From Mobula hypostoma (taxonomy: Eukaryota): a stretch of 64,000 nucleotides of DNA. The stretch lies in the NCBI RefSeq assembly GCF_963921235.1, contig NC_086097.1, positions 239,198,001 through 239,262,000 of the forward strand, written 5' to 3'. The notes below the pieces were generated by a model, which searched no databases, was not told the origin of the DNA, and saw nothing but the letters and a program-made list of their open reading frames with translations. A program made the position numbers and the translations under genes. Below, in pieces: positions 23,738-37,153 of the stretch (its first letter is position 1; every line of letters starts with the position of its first letter).

Positions 23738-24748
23738 TCCAAGCACACTACCTCTGCTCAAAAACCTTAAAACAACCAAAAATCCAATTACACAAATCTA
23801 TAGATTCACCTTCATCTCGATACAGTACATCCTCAAAGAACTCCAGCAGAATAATCAAACATAATATCCCTTTCATAAATCCATGTTGGCCCTAATGAAT
23901 TATGTTATTATGTTCTAAATGCATTTTGGATATTATCATCACACGACAGTCTGAAATTCCAAGCACTCAGACTCGAGCTTGTCACATTAATTAAAGAAGG
24001 TCACTTGACAGAAATTTGGTTGAAGGCCAAATTTCTACAACAACCATTGCATGAGCCGATTCACCCTTTTAGTTTTGAATAATAAACAGAAATTTTGATA
24101 ATCAACATGCTGCCCAAGTAATATTAAATCCAGCAACCATTTCTGACGTGTTCACACTGTAAATACTTTGCTTACAGCAGTGCATTGAGTACAAACAACA
24201 GCTGTCATGACACCACCTTCAGAAAATGTAATAGACATTTATATTTTCCAAAAGAGCTAAATTTTCAACTGGTTATAGCACAGCTGATACTCAATCAACT
24301 TCCTATAACCACATCATACTGACATCAATAATTTCTACAAATGTTTGTAGGTTAGTATGATAAGATCAGTATACTGCTGTTTTCCGAGTCAAATGGCGTT
24401 CATTATGAAGTGTGCAATTTAAGCTTATACTGCATCACCAAACTGCAACAAGTCTTCCAAAAGCATCACTGGTTTATGACATGTACCTTCAAATCGATTT
24501 GAATTTATTGCATTTCTTCTGTCCATAGTCCTTCAGCCCATCAGTCAGAAGAGTATCCTGACTGGCTGCATCATGGTCAGGTACTAAAACATCAGCAGCC
24601 AAGAATGGAAAACCTTACAATATGTCATGGATATAGCAAGACCAGCACTGGCAAAACCCTCCCCACCATTGAGGACATCTACAAGGAGCACCGCCAAAAG
24701 AGAGCAGCATCTATCATCAAGGATTTATACCAACCAAGCCATACGTTC

Positions 24749-24999
24749 ACAACAAACAACAGGAATTCTGCAGATGCTGGAAATTCAAGCAACACACATC
24801 AATGTTGCTGGTGAACGCAGCAGGTCAGGCAGCATCTGTAGGAAGAGGTGCAGTCGACGTTTCAGGCCGAGACCCTTCGTCAGGACTAACTGAAGGAAGG
24901 GTGAGCAAGGGATTTGAAAGTTGGAGGGGGAGGGGGAGATCCAAAATGATAGGAGAAGACAGGAGGGGGAGGGATAGAGCCAAGAGCTGGACAGGTGAT
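24749..24999 (-). mobile_element. Young Penelope pLTR-like short element
   Basis: Perfect 13-bp TSD AAGCCATACGTTC (24736-24748, 25000-25012); similar to the 3' part of the GIY-YIG-bearing element at 52369-53203. Confidence 0.85.
24852..24887 (-). ncRNA. Minimal type I hammerhead ribozyme motif (intact core)
   Basis: Minus strand AGUC-CUGACGA-AGG(GUCUCGG)CCU-GAA-AC/GU-C^GACU: stem I AGUC/GACU, stem II AGG/CCU, palindromic stem III ACGU, GUC cleavage triplet. Confidence 0.8.
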
Positions 25000-25795
25000 A
25001 AGCCATACGTTCTTCGCGTTGCTGCCATTGGGAATGGTGGTACAGAAGCCCAAGGTCCCACACCATCAGGTTCAGAAACAGTTATTACTCTGCAACCATC
25101 ACACTTCTGAACCAATGTTGGTAACTTCACTCAGCTCAGCTCTGAACTAATTCTGCAACCTACAGATTCACTTCCAAGGACTCTACAAATGATGTTTGCA
25201 TATCTCAGTATTATTTATTTACTTATATATGTAGCATTATTATTACTAGTTTTTTTTTGTATTTGCTGTATCGATTGTGTTCTTCTGCACATTAGTTGTT
25301 TGTTTGTCTTTGTGTGTAACACTTCACTGATTCTATTGTCTTTCTTTGTTCTACTCTGAATATCTGTAACAAAATAAGATACAAAATCAAAAGACATTGG
25401 AGTAGAATTAGGCTGTTTAGTCCATTGAAATCTCAAGGTAGAATCTGGTAACATATACAGTATATACTTTGATAATAACTTTATTTTGAACTTTGAACTT
25501 TTGAACTTTAAAGTGCCTACTTATACCATTACACAGACTCATTGAACATCGAAAATAGAATGGTACAGCACAGTACAGGCCTTTTAGCCCATGATGTTGT
25601 GATGTTGTGCTGAACTATATAATCCCTTCTCCAGATCAATCTAACGCTGTCCTCCTACACAGCACATAAACCTCAATTTTTCTTATATCTATGTGGCTAT
25701 TTAAGAGTCTTTGAATGTCCCTATCGCCTCAGCCTCTACCATTTCCAATGGTGTTTTCCAGGTACCCTCTGCTCTCTTGTAAAACATCTACCTCA

Positions 25796-26358
25796 GTCTT
25801 GCCTTCTTTATAACTACCTAGTCCCAACATATCGATGTAGTTATAAAGAAGCAAGACAGTGGCTATACTTCATTAGGAGTCTGAAGAGATCTGGCATGTC
25901 AAAAAATACACTCAAAAACTTCAATAGATGTACCGTGGACAAAGTACCCAGGACATCTTCAGGGAGCGGTGTCTCAGAAAAGCAGCATCCATTATTAAGG
26001 ACATCCAGCACCCAGGGTATGGCCTTTTCTCACTGTTGCAAATCGGATAGGAAGTAAAGAAGCCTCAAGACACACACTCGCCAATTCAGGAACAGCTTCA
26101 TCTCCTCTACCATGTGATTCCTAAATGAACATAGAACCCTTGGACACTATCTCACTTTTTTAATATACAGTATATCAGTTTTTTGCAATTTCTAATCTAG
26201 TCAATATACGTATGCTTTAATTTATTTATTTATTTATTATTATTGCTATTTTTATTTTATTTTTCTCTTCTATATTATGTATTGTATTAAACTGCTGCTG
26301 CTAAGTTAATAAATTTCACGTCACATGCCAGTAATAATAAACCTGATTCTGATTCTGA
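25796..26358 (+). mobile_element. Rex/Babar-like 3' fragment with 5' fold-back, (GATTCT)n tail, inside a CR1 3' fragment
   Basis: Homologous to 55060-55700; internal deletion near 25940; ends AATAAACCTGATTCTGATTCTGA. Confidence 0.75.
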
Positions 26359-26600
26359 TCTCCTGCAAACATTTTCTCACTCACCTTAAGTAGATGTCCT
26401 CTGGTGTTGGCCATTGCTGCCCTAAGGAAAAAATGCTAGCTGTCCACTCTTTCTATGCATCTTATAATCTTATGCACCTCCTTTAAGTCCTCTCTTATCT
26501 CAATTGCTCCAGTGAGAAAAGCCCTGGGTACATTAGTTCCGTAGCCTTCTACACCATGGCGATTTGAGTACTTGTGATATTCTTTGCCTGCATCACCCTA

Positions 26601-26869
26601 TATTGTGCATTTACTATTTTCACCCTATATTGTGCATTTACTATTTTAGTAATATTTGAGTAAATTTGTAAATAGTTTTGTTTGATTAAGCATTCTTTGT
26701 TGTTTAAATAATTCATTATGGGATATATGTAAAAGTATGTGAATGGCATAGGTTATCACGCCACCACATCATACGTGTGCTCCTCACTAAACAAACTGTA
26801 CACGTTCTCCTGGTCTCCTAGTATTTCTCTTTTGGTTAATTTTATGTTTTGGAGTTAGAAAACATAGCA
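26601..26869. mobile_element. Probable short solo LTR with duplicated left junction
   Basis: Flanked by CCCTA (26596-26600 or 26623-26627, and 26870-26874); ends TATTGTG..CATAGCA are imperfect inverted termini (TG possibly decayed to TA). Confidence 0.5.
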
Positions 26870-28444
26870 CCCTACAGATGCTTCTATAGATACACGGTGG
26901 AGAGTATCTCAACTAGTTACATCACAGCCTGGTACAGAAACACCAATACCCAGGAATGGAAAAGACAATATGAAGTGGTGGATGCAACCCACTCCATCAG
27001 AGACAAAGACACCCCACTGCTCCCACCTTCACTGTTCTTTTCACAAGTTTTTTTTATTTTTCTTACAATCCCATCAACTCTCCTCAGGAACCTCTAGTCA
27101 CCTAAATATTATGGACAATTACAGTGACTAATTAATCTCTAGAATGTGGGAGGAAGCAGCAGGAATAGCTGGAGAACACCCATACTTAATGTTGTTTGTT
27201 TTTTATTAAAATAATTTTCTGCTGTAAATTTGATGGAAATGCACAGGAAATCCCATTATGGAATGCAAATGGTGTCTGCATCAGACAGACAGGGAGGCTA
27301 TTGTGGCAGGAAGTCCAGGGTGATCCAAACATTTTATGAAGTTAAATGAATACTGACTTGTTGATTGGAATAGGCCACTCAGCCTCTCATGACAGATCAT
27401 GACAGATTCATGACAGATCAGCACCTTAAGTGATCCAAATCCTAGGAAGCTCTTACCTAATGAAAACTTGTGGATTGTTGTAGGAATACACAGATTAATC
27501 AACCTTTAGTGAGGTAGAACCCCTGAATCAGATCAGAATCATATTTGTTGTCACTGACATATGGCATGAAATTTGTTCTTTTGCGACAGTAAAATCTAAA
27601 AATAACAAAATTAAAAAGTGCAAAACAAAAGGAATACCAGGGGTGTTGCTTCCTGTCTTATCATGACAGTGTCTTTTGGAATGGCATATGAATATACTGG
27701 GAATGATGGGATATGGATCATGTGCAGGCAAAAAAGTTTTAGTTTAATTTGGCATTGTGTTTGGTGCCACACGTTGTGGTCTGAAAGTCCTATTCTTGTG
27801 ATGTTTCATATTCTATGCACTCTTTTCATTGTTTTTATGCTAACATTGCATATTCTTATTCTAGGTTCAACTTCTGGAGGAAAATGCCTTCTGTATCTGC
27901 ATTATTGGATCTATCTAACATCACAAATACGTCAATTAACTCACTTTCCTATTCCTGAAGGGAATAAGTGAGGTTGAAAGAAATTTACTATAACCCTTAA
28001 CATCCTTTTCTCTCATTCTGATGAAACTGCAAAGTCCATACTCTGAGAATTGACTTTTTATGCTTTCCATGTTTATGTCCCAAACTTGAAAGAAGAATTC
28101 CAGATGAACTCTGTCCAAAGCTCTGTGTAAATGAAGAATCATTTTTCTCAACTTTGTGCTTCAATCCCCTTGAGATAAAGATGAGCAAACTTTAGCCCGT
28201 TTGAAAATGTTTGATAATGTTCCCTGCTCATGCACCAGCTTTTGGTGCTGTGTAAATGGGCGTACAAAAACATTTTACTTCCGAATCATAATCTCACTCT
28301 TGAAAATGCATTCCAATTTATTATTCATAAACCAAAGTGTTTTCTCACATCAACCCCATGGGCGAAAATTCATTTTGGTCACTGGCACTAAACATGCTAA
28401 TGCTCCACTGGAATGTTGTATGTATTTATTGATTAATTGATTGG

Positions 28445-30380
28445 TTGAGACACAGCGAAGGATAGGCCCTTCCTGCCCTTCAAGCCATGCCACCTAACAA
28501 CCCCCAATTTAATCTGAACCGAATTGAGTACTCAAAGTGTACGAGGCACAGCTGGCTAGTGTGTTCACAGGCATTCTTAATTACTCCCACTCCCAGTGTG
28601 CAGTGCCCTCCTTCATCAAAACATCCGCTGTTGTCCCTATACCAAAGAAAACCGAGGTAGCATGTCTGAATGAATGGCGTCCTGTCACACTCACCTTAAT
28701 CATAAGCAAATTCTTTGAGAGGCTGGTCAAGGACTACATCGGTAACATGCTGCCACCCACACTGGACCCCCTACTATTTGCCTACCGACACAACCGATCA
28801 ACAGAAAATCCCAAAGCCACAACACTAGACACTGTCCTCACTCACCTGGAGAAGAGGGATGCTTATGTTAGAAATGCTGCTGTTGGACTGCAGTTCAGCA
28901 TTCAACATCATAATTCCCCCCAGGCTCGACAAGAAGCTCAGAGGGCCTGCATCCCGTCTTGTGCAGTTGGATCCTGGACTTCCTGTCGGATCATAAGAAT
29001 ATAAGATATAGGAGCAGGAGTCGGCCATCTGGCCCATCGAGCCTGCTCCACCATGGCTGATCTGTCCATAAACTCAGCTCTATCTACCTGCCTTTTCCCC
29101 ATAACCCTTAATTCCCCCACTATATAAAAATCTATCTAACTGTATTTTAAATATATCACTAGCAGGTGGTGAGGATGGGCACCCTCACCTCTGCCCCTCA
29201 ACACAGGAACACCTCAGGGCAGTGTCTTGAGTCCCCTCCACTACTCCCTATACACCCATGACTGTGTTGCCACACACAGCTCCAACCTCCTGTTCAACTA
29301 TGCAGATGGCACAACATTGATAGGCCTTATTTCCAACAATGATGAGACAGGCTGCAGAGGAGAAGTCAACACCCTAACAAGTGGTGCCAAGAAAACAATC
29401 TCTCCCTCAAAATTGAAAAAACAAAGGAGCTGATCATGGATTACAGCCGGAACAGAGACAGCGTAGCCCCTACTGACATCAATGGGAATGGAGTTGAGAA
29501 GGTGAATAGTTTCAAGTTCCTCAGTATACACATCATCGAGGATCCCAGCTGGACTGTACATACCGTCTATGTGGTGAAAAAGGCACAACAGCGCCTCTTT
29601 CACTTCAAACAGCTGAAGAAGTTTGGTATGAGTCCCCAAATCCTCAGGACTTTCTACAGGGGCACCATCAAGAGCAACCTGACTGGCTGTTTCACTGTCT
29701 GGTATGGGAACTGTACTACCCTCAACCACAGGGCACTGCAGAGAGTGGTGCGGACAGCCCAGCACATCTGTAGATGTGAACTTCCCACTATTCAGGGCAT
29801 TTACAGCAGCAGGTGTGTGGAAAGGACCCGAAGGATAATCAGGGATTCCAGCCACCCCAAACACAAACTGTTTCAGCTACTTCCTTCTGGCAAATGGTAC
29901 CACAGCATTAAGGCCAGGACCAACAGGCTTTGGGACAGCTTCTTTCACCAGGCTATTTATCAATACACATTGATTTGATTGCATATCTGATTGTACATTG
30001 TATCTGACTATACATACATGTATGCAATCTTAGGGTTTGGACAATATCCTCCCACATTTCCCTTCCTTATTGCGAGTGCATTTTGAGGGAAGTGCAACAT
30101 AAAGATTTTTACTCCCTCATGTTATCAGATGGATGTAAGAACTAAAATAAACTCTAAATTCTAAATTCTAAATTTCAATTCTAATCATGTGACAATTTAC
30201 AATGACCAATTCACCGACCAACTGGTACATCTTTTGGCTGTGGGAGGAAACCAGAGCACTCGGAGGAAACCCACATGGCCATGGGGAGAACGTACAAACT
30301 CCTTACAAGCAGCAGGAGGAATTGGACCCGAGTCACTGGTACCATAAAGTGTTGTGCTAACCACTACAATACTGTGCTGC
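28445..30380 (-). mobile_element. V-SINE split by a Rex1-like insertion (pieces 28445-28520 and 30181-30380)
   Basis: The two pieces join into the V-SINE sequence seen at 46470-46735; V domain and B box at ~30240-30330. Confidence 0.7.
28521..30180 (+). mobile_element. Rex1/Babar-clade LINE, 5'-truncated and frameshifted; contains antisense CR1 3' end at ~28993-29154
   Basis: ORFs 28537..29004 (VVPIPKK, WRPVTLT, LDPLLFAYR), 29227.. (YADGTTLIG) and 29436..29978; (TCTAAAT)n tail. Confidence 0.88.
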
Positions 30381-30944
30381 TCCAAGTTGGCTTGGCTTTT
30401 GAGTAGAACAACATGGATTAGATGAGCGGACAAGACAGTTTCTGTGCTGAAGTGCTCTATGACTTTATGACTCTTTAACTCTGATGTTACAACAACACTG
30501 AAATTTGGAACTCGGGTATAGCCTGTACATTTTCACTTTTGTGCTTGGGTGATAATTATCTACACCTTTCTGTCAATTTTGTTCAATCTTTAGACTGAGA
30601 CACATACTTTCCTAACATCATATTTCCTTCTGCATAAATTATTATGCACTCCAGTGTAGTGTTATTTGGAAATCCGATGTTCTATACTTTAATCATTAAT
30701 CCAAATCTTTGACCAATATGGTGAAAAGCTGAAAACTAAGATAGACCTGTGGGGGGGACGTCAGAATACATTGCCTTTATCTTTAAGATCTAGCTCCAAA
30801 TTCATTAGCAATCCATTTTTAACAGTGTTATCTTTCATTTCATGTGCATCAGATATGAATAATAACTTATGGTTTAGGAACTTATCAAAAGCCTTCTGAC
30901 AGTCTATGAGAGCACCAATAGATTATTTAGTGATACGGCAAATT

Positions 30945-31125
30945 CTTCTGGCTCAATGAGCCAGTGACCAATTGATCTACTAACCCATAGGTCTTTAGAA
31001 TGTGGGAGGAATCCCATGCATTCACAGGGAGAACATACAAACTCCTTTCAAATTGCAATGGAAAATGAACCGGTGTTGCTGGCACTGTATTAGCATTATG
31101 CTAACCACTATGCCACCATGCTGAC
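30945..31125 (-). mobile_element. Degenerate V-SINE
   Basis: GTGACCAATTGATCTACTAACCC..GAATGTGGGAGGAA..GGGAGAACATACAAACTCCTT matches the other copies. Confidence 0.65.
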
Positions 31126-31761
31126 CCCAACATCATTATGCAGAATGTCAATTGCATTATTAAACAAATTAACCAATTTATCAGACATGATTGAACCATT
31201 ACAAATAGATGCTAGCTCTCTTTATTAGCTCACAATTCTCCTAGTTCCTTATTCCTACACTGTAAATTTCCCAAATCAACACAATTGCATTTACCATCAT
31301 ATTCTAAAGTAAAAGTGATATTTGATCTTTTTTTCCATCCAGTGGCAGAATTTATAAACCTAGAAAGATATGGAATTTTAAGCGCAAATCTATCTGAAAT
31401 TTTCCTGCCTATTTTTGTTGGTAGAAAGGCTTTCATTTTGTCGACACTTCCATCCTAACATATTGTAAATGACAGTTAGGATGATCACCTCAGTGTTACT
31501 CCTGCAAGCTCTCCAACTCTCATTAAATATTAAAACCTAAAAAAACAAGGCCTTGTAGACTTAATTCCCCTTGTTCATTGCTCTTGCAAGAAAAATGATC
31601 TGAAATGTTCAAAGTTCAAAGTACACTTATTATCATAGCCTGTATGTAGTATGCAACCCTAAGATTTGTCTTCCTGCAGACAGCCACAAAACAAGGAGAC
31701 ACCATGGGACCCATTCAAAGAAAATATCAAACACCCAACAAAAAACACAAATTGCACAAAT

Positions 31762-32378
31762 AGAAACATAGAAACATAGAAAATAGGTGCAGGAGTAGGC
31801 CATTCGACCCTTCGAGCCTGCACCACCATTTATTATGATCATGGCTGATCATCCAACTCAGAACCCAGCCTTCCCTCCATACCCCCTGACCCCTGTAGCC
31901 ACAAGGGCCATATCTAACTCCCTCTTAAATATAGCTAATGAACTGGCCTCAACAGTTTGCTGTGGCAGAGAATTCCACAGATTCACCACTCTCTGTGTGA
32001 AGAAGTTTTTCCTAACCTCGGTCCTAAAAGGCTTCCCCTCTATCCTCAAACTGTGACCCCTCGTTCTAGACCTCCCCAACATCGGGAACAATCTTCCCGC
32101 ATCTAGCCTGTCCAATCCCTTTAGGATCTTATACGTTTCAATCAGATCCCCCCTCAATCTTCTAAATTCCAACGAGTACAAGCCCAGTTCATCCAGTCTT
32201 TCTTCATATGAAAGACTTGCCATCCCAGGAATCAATCTGGTGAACCTTCTTTGTACTCCCTCTATGGCAAAGATGTCTTTCCTCAGATTAGGGGACCAAA
32301 ACTGCACACAATACTCCAGGTGTGGTCTCACCAAGGCCTTGTACAACTGCAGTAGTACCTCCCTGCTCCTGTACTCGA
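31762..32378 (-). mobile_element. Young CR1 3' end (same subfamily as 6497-7197)
   Basis: Uninterrupted ORF 31858..32346 nearly identical to the 6595.. ORF; (TTTCTATG)n tail. Confidence 0.93.
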
Positions 32379-34504
32379 AATGACAAAAAAATGAGTGAAT
32401 AACACAGAATATTCTCTAAGTTCCTTAGGTTTTGCTCACTAACACCTTTTAAAAGCAACAGAAATCCTTTGTCTCTTTAATCAGCTCCCTTTCTTGAAGC
32501 TTATTAATAATGAGGCATAAATCATATCATAACTATAAATATGGTTCATGTAACTTGCACCTTCTGTAAAATTCTGTCAGTTAAAATATGTAAAATAACC
32601 GAGAAAAAACAAAACAAGCAAGAGTTTTGATCAAGTCATGGTTATTCTGCTTAGTGAAGCTTGCGTGAAGGATGCTTTTTTCCTTCTAATATGCATTGCC
32701 TCCGGCAAAGAATGCACGGATATTCATTTTTATTCCATTTGTCTCATCGATCAAAAGAATCAAATTTTCCAATAGCTATTATTTAGCTCCTTTTCGGTAA
32801 TTTGTACAAAAAGTAGTTTGGATTGCTGCTGCCACATTTGCCTTATTTCAGAAATTTGTAATTGAATTGAAAAATGCTTCCAACCCAGTGTGAGGCAAAG
32901 AATCCATCAAATTGCTCCAGATTAGTAAGAGAAGAAAAGGTATAATATTGCAGAGTGTGTTTTTGTACTATTGATTATTAGTATAAATAAATATACTAAC
33001 AACAAATATATCCGAATTTTACAGTTCTAAAACCTGTATTTGGCATGAGAGAGGTTTTATTTGAAGGCACTAGACAAAAACCAGTGAACAAATGTTCTCA
33101 GTAAATGAAACTTGCGATACATATCCCAAACAAGTTGCTACCTTAATGGCTGGATTTTAAATTGTTTAACCTTGAGTTGTGGGTGTTTTTTAAAAGCCAG
33201 CAATCTCATGTCACCAACCAGCCCATGCCTCTTTCTTGCTACTACCATCAGACAGGAGGTTCAGAAATTTTATGTCCCTCACCACCAGGTTCAGAAACAG
33301 TTATTGCTCTGCAAACATCAGACTCCTGAACTGGTGTGGATAACTTCATTCACGACTCTGAATTGATTCTACGGCCTTCAGACTCACTTTCAAGGACTCT
33401 TCACAACTCATATTTTCAGTACTATTTTCATTTGTGCAGTATCTTCTTTTGTACATTGGTTGTTGTTAGTCTTTCTTTACATACACTTTCTCGTAGAGTT
33501 CTGTTGTATTTCTTTTTTCCTGTAAATTCCTGCAAGAAAATGAATTTCAATGCAGTATATTGTAACCTGTGCATACTTTGATAATAAATCTACTTTTTGC
33601 CTTTGAACCTTTGTTAGCCCCAGTATTCTTTGAAGAGATGAAGAATCCGATTCAAGTAGAGCTGTCCATTTAGCGAAGGCACTCACACAAATCAATAAAA
33701 GGTAAATGTTCTATATCCAGTTCAGGGTACGATAATGATGTCTCATTGTACATACTGAATTTGTTCGTCAGGGTGGAGTCGTTGAGGACGTGGAGTGTCC
33801 TGAATTTGTAGGTTTTGCTGCAGAGGCCATGGTGCACCCACGCTGAGTGCTAGCACAAGAAAACAACATCAAGGACTCTTACAATCCAGGCCATGTTCTC
33901 TTCCTGCTGCTAACATTGGGAAGGAGGTCCCGCACCACTGGGCTCAGGAGCAGCTATTATCCAACAACCATCAGGCTCCCGAACCAAGATAACTTCACTC
34001 ACCTGAACACTGAACTGATTCCACAACTGATGGACTCACTTTTAAGGATTCTGCAAGTCATGCTCTCGGTGTTGTTTATTCACTTATTTGTTTTTGTATT
34101 GGTACAGTTTACCTTCTTTTGTTCATTGGTTGTTGGTCAATAAGTAACCTTCCTTGTCACTACTGGTCAGCAAGAATATGGTTACTGTCTATTACAGTTC
34201 TTCAGTTTTCTAACTCCTGCCTTTTACTGGTGAAAATCTCTATATTTTGCCCTAAACCAGAATTAATATCTCTGAAGCCCTTACATATTCCCATCTCTCT
34301 TGTGAACTTGAAACTATCTTCAAAGTGTCTCTCTTCAAGGATACTTTCATCATGTTTCTGGTTCATTCCCTACTTCTCCCCGAATCTATTACTAATTCTG
34401 GGAAGTGCCTTGCAATGCTTAATATGTTAAAGTGCATCGGATTGATGCTATCCAGGCAGAATATGAGGACTGTAGAGCATCAGCCTGAAGCATAAATGTT
34501 GATT

Positions 34505-34985
34505 TCTCTAATTTCCAGTAATTTCTTCTGCCTCTCCCTTCTCTCTTATTACATTCTACATTATGGCTTCCCTCTTGTCTACTCTCTCCTCCTCATCTGC
34601 CCATCGCCTCACTGTGCATTGTGTTGCCCCTCCTCCTTTCCTTTCTCCCACAGTCCATTCCCCTCTCCTATCAAATTCTTTCTTCTTCAGGCCTTTACCT
34701 TTTCCTCCAGACACCTCCTAGCTTCTCACTTCAGCCCCCAACATCCATCCACCGACTGTAACTCCCCGCCCCTCACCTGGTTTCACCTATCACATTCTGG
34801 CTTGTACCGCTTGCCCTTCACCCACCTTTTTCTGGCTTCTCCCCACTTCCTTTCCAGTCCTGACAAAGGGTCTCAGCCCAAAACATCGGCTTTTTATTCC
34901 CATCCGTAGATGCTCCTCAGCCTGCTGAGTTCCTCCAGCATTTTGTGTGTGTTGCTCTCAAAACACCACCACCTGCAGGTTCTTT
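34505..34985 (+). mobile_element. Penelope 3' region/pLTR with degenerate hammerhead (34855-34891)
   Basis: Pyrimidine-rich body homologous to 52820-53200; CAGTC-CTGACAA-AGGGTCTCAGCCC-AAAACATC-GGCT. Confidence 0.75.
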
Positions 34986-35625
34986 GCCCATTTGCAAGCC
35001 ATCTTAAACTTGAAAGTATATTACCAGTCCTTCATTACTAATGGGAGCAAATCTTGATAATTCTTATCAAACAGATCAGTGAGTCGTTTCATTAGAAGGA
35101 TGGTACTGGTTCATGATCTCATAAAACTTTTTCAGGAGAAATTACAGATGTGTAATAAATATTTATTCAGCCAGAAGTGCACACATCCTGAAAGAAACTA
35201 ATGAAAGGCTGTAGGAGGGGATTATGTTGAAAAATAAACGTGCTAGGTTTTCTAAAATTGACTCCTTCTACTTTAGGCCACGAACGTATCAATCACTCCT
35301 CGTATGATGGTCTTTTTTAAATCAATTCTATTGGCTTTCTTTGTTCTGTGGCTGCCTGTAAGGAGACAAACCTCAAGGTTGTACATAACTGATAATTAAT
35401 GGTTGACAATAAATGTACTTTGAACTTTGATAACTTTATATTTGAACATAATCCACAATATTACACATATACCATTATTTGCAGATGAAGCGTCCATTAA
35501 GATTTTTGAACGGGCTAACTATTGAGTGAGTATAAAACTAAATTTGGTGTTTGCAGATTATGGCAAATTATGAACCGATGCAAGCAAAGAAGTTTCATTT
35601 TCCAAGTGTAAGTCAAGGTGGATAA

Positions 35626-37153
35626 AAACATCTCCATTCAAGCAAGGCTGCAGGACTGGATGGTGTCAGTACCAGGGTGCTCAAAGCCTATGCCCCTCAG
35701 CTATGTGGAGTACTTTGCCATGTATTCAACATGAGCCTGAGGCTCCGGAGGGTTCCTGTACTGTGGAAGACGTCCTGCCTCGTCCCTGTGCCGAAGACGC
35801 CGCGCCCCAGCGGCCTCAATGACTACAGGCCAGTGGCATTGACCTCCCACATCATGAAGACCCTGGAGAGACTTGTTCTGGAGTTGCTTCGGCCTATGGT
35901 CAGGCCACACTTAGATCCCCTCCAGTTCGCCTACCAGCCCCGACTAGGAGTTGAGGATGCCATCGTCTACCTGCTGAATCGTGTCTACGCCCACCTGGAC
36001 AAGCCAGGGAGCACTGTGAGGGTCATGTTTTTTGACTTCTCCAGTGCGTTCAACACCATCCACCCTGCTGTGCTGGGGGAGAAGCTGACAGCGATGAAGG
36101 TGGATGCTTCCCTGGTATCATGGATTCTTGATTACCTGATTGGCAGACCACAGTACGTGTGCTTGCAACACTGTGTGTCCGACAGAGTGATCAGCAGCAC
36201 TGGGGCTCCACAGGGGACTGTCTTGTCTCCCTTTCTCTTCATCATTTAAACCTCAGACTTCAACTACTGCACAGAGTCTTGTCATCTTCAGAAGTTTTTG
36301 GATGATTCTGCCATAGTTGGATGCATCAGCAAGGGAGATGAGGTTGAGTACAGGGCTACAGTAGGAAACTTTGTCACATGGTGTGAGCAGAATTATCTGC
36401 AGCTTATTGTGAAAAAGACTAAGGAGCTGGTGGTAAACCTGAGGAGAGCTAAGGTACCGGTGACCCCTCTTTCCATCCAGGGGGTCAGTGTGGACATGGT
36501 GGAGGATTACAAATACCTGGGGATACGAATTGACAATAAACTGGACTGGTCAAAGAACACTGAGGCTGTCTACAGGAAGGGTCAGAGCTGTCTCTATTTC
36601 CTGAGGAGACTGAAGTCCTTTAACATCTGCCTGACGATGCTGAGGATGTTCTACGAGTCTGTGGTGGCCAGTGCTATCATGTTTGCTGTTGTGTGCTGGG
36701 GCAGCAGGCTGAGGGTAGCAGACATCAACAGAATCAACAAACTCATTCGTAAGGCCAGTGATGTTGTGGGGATGGAACTGGACTCTCTGACGGTGGTGTC
36801 TGAAAAGAGGATGCTGTCTAAGTTGCATGCCATCTTGGTTAATGTCTCCCATCCACTACATAATGTACTGGGTGGGCACAGGAGTACATTCAGCCAGAGA
36901 CTCATTCCACCGAGATGCAACACAGGGCGTCATAGGAAGTCATTCCTGCCTGTGGCCATCAAACTTTACAACTCCTCCCTTGGAGGGTCAGACACCCTGA
37001 GCCAATAGGCTGGTCCTGGACTTATTTCATAATTTACTGGCATAATTTACATATTATTACTTAAATTTTATGGTTCTATTACTACTTATTATTTATGGTG
37101 CAACTGTAACGAAAACCAGTTTCCCTCGGGATCAATAAATTATGACTATGACT
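35626..37153 (+). mobile_element. Young Rex1/Babar-clade LINE, 5'-truncated (RT and C-terminus)
   Basis: ORFs 35677..36249 and 36298..37008 are in one frame separated by a single TAA; YRPVALTSHIMK, FFDFSSAFNTI, GAPQGTVLSP, KFLDD; (ACTATG)n tail. Confidence 0.93.

Larger units (their letters stand above)
24545..25510 (+). mobile_element. Rex/Babar-like LINE 3' end hosting a Penelope-derived insertion
   Basis: LPTIEDIYKE..KRAASIIKD, 3'UTR and TTTGAAC tail near 25485-25508. Confidence 0.75.

Noticed and set aside
27387..27420. Three copies of TCATGACAGA
   Set aside because: Simple slippage tandem repeat without unique spacers; not CRISPR-like.
34496..34909. 137-aa ORF and other Pro/Ser/Phe-rich ORFs over pyrimidine tracts
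   Set aside because: Low-complexity Penelope pLTR sequence lacking stop codons for compositional reasons.
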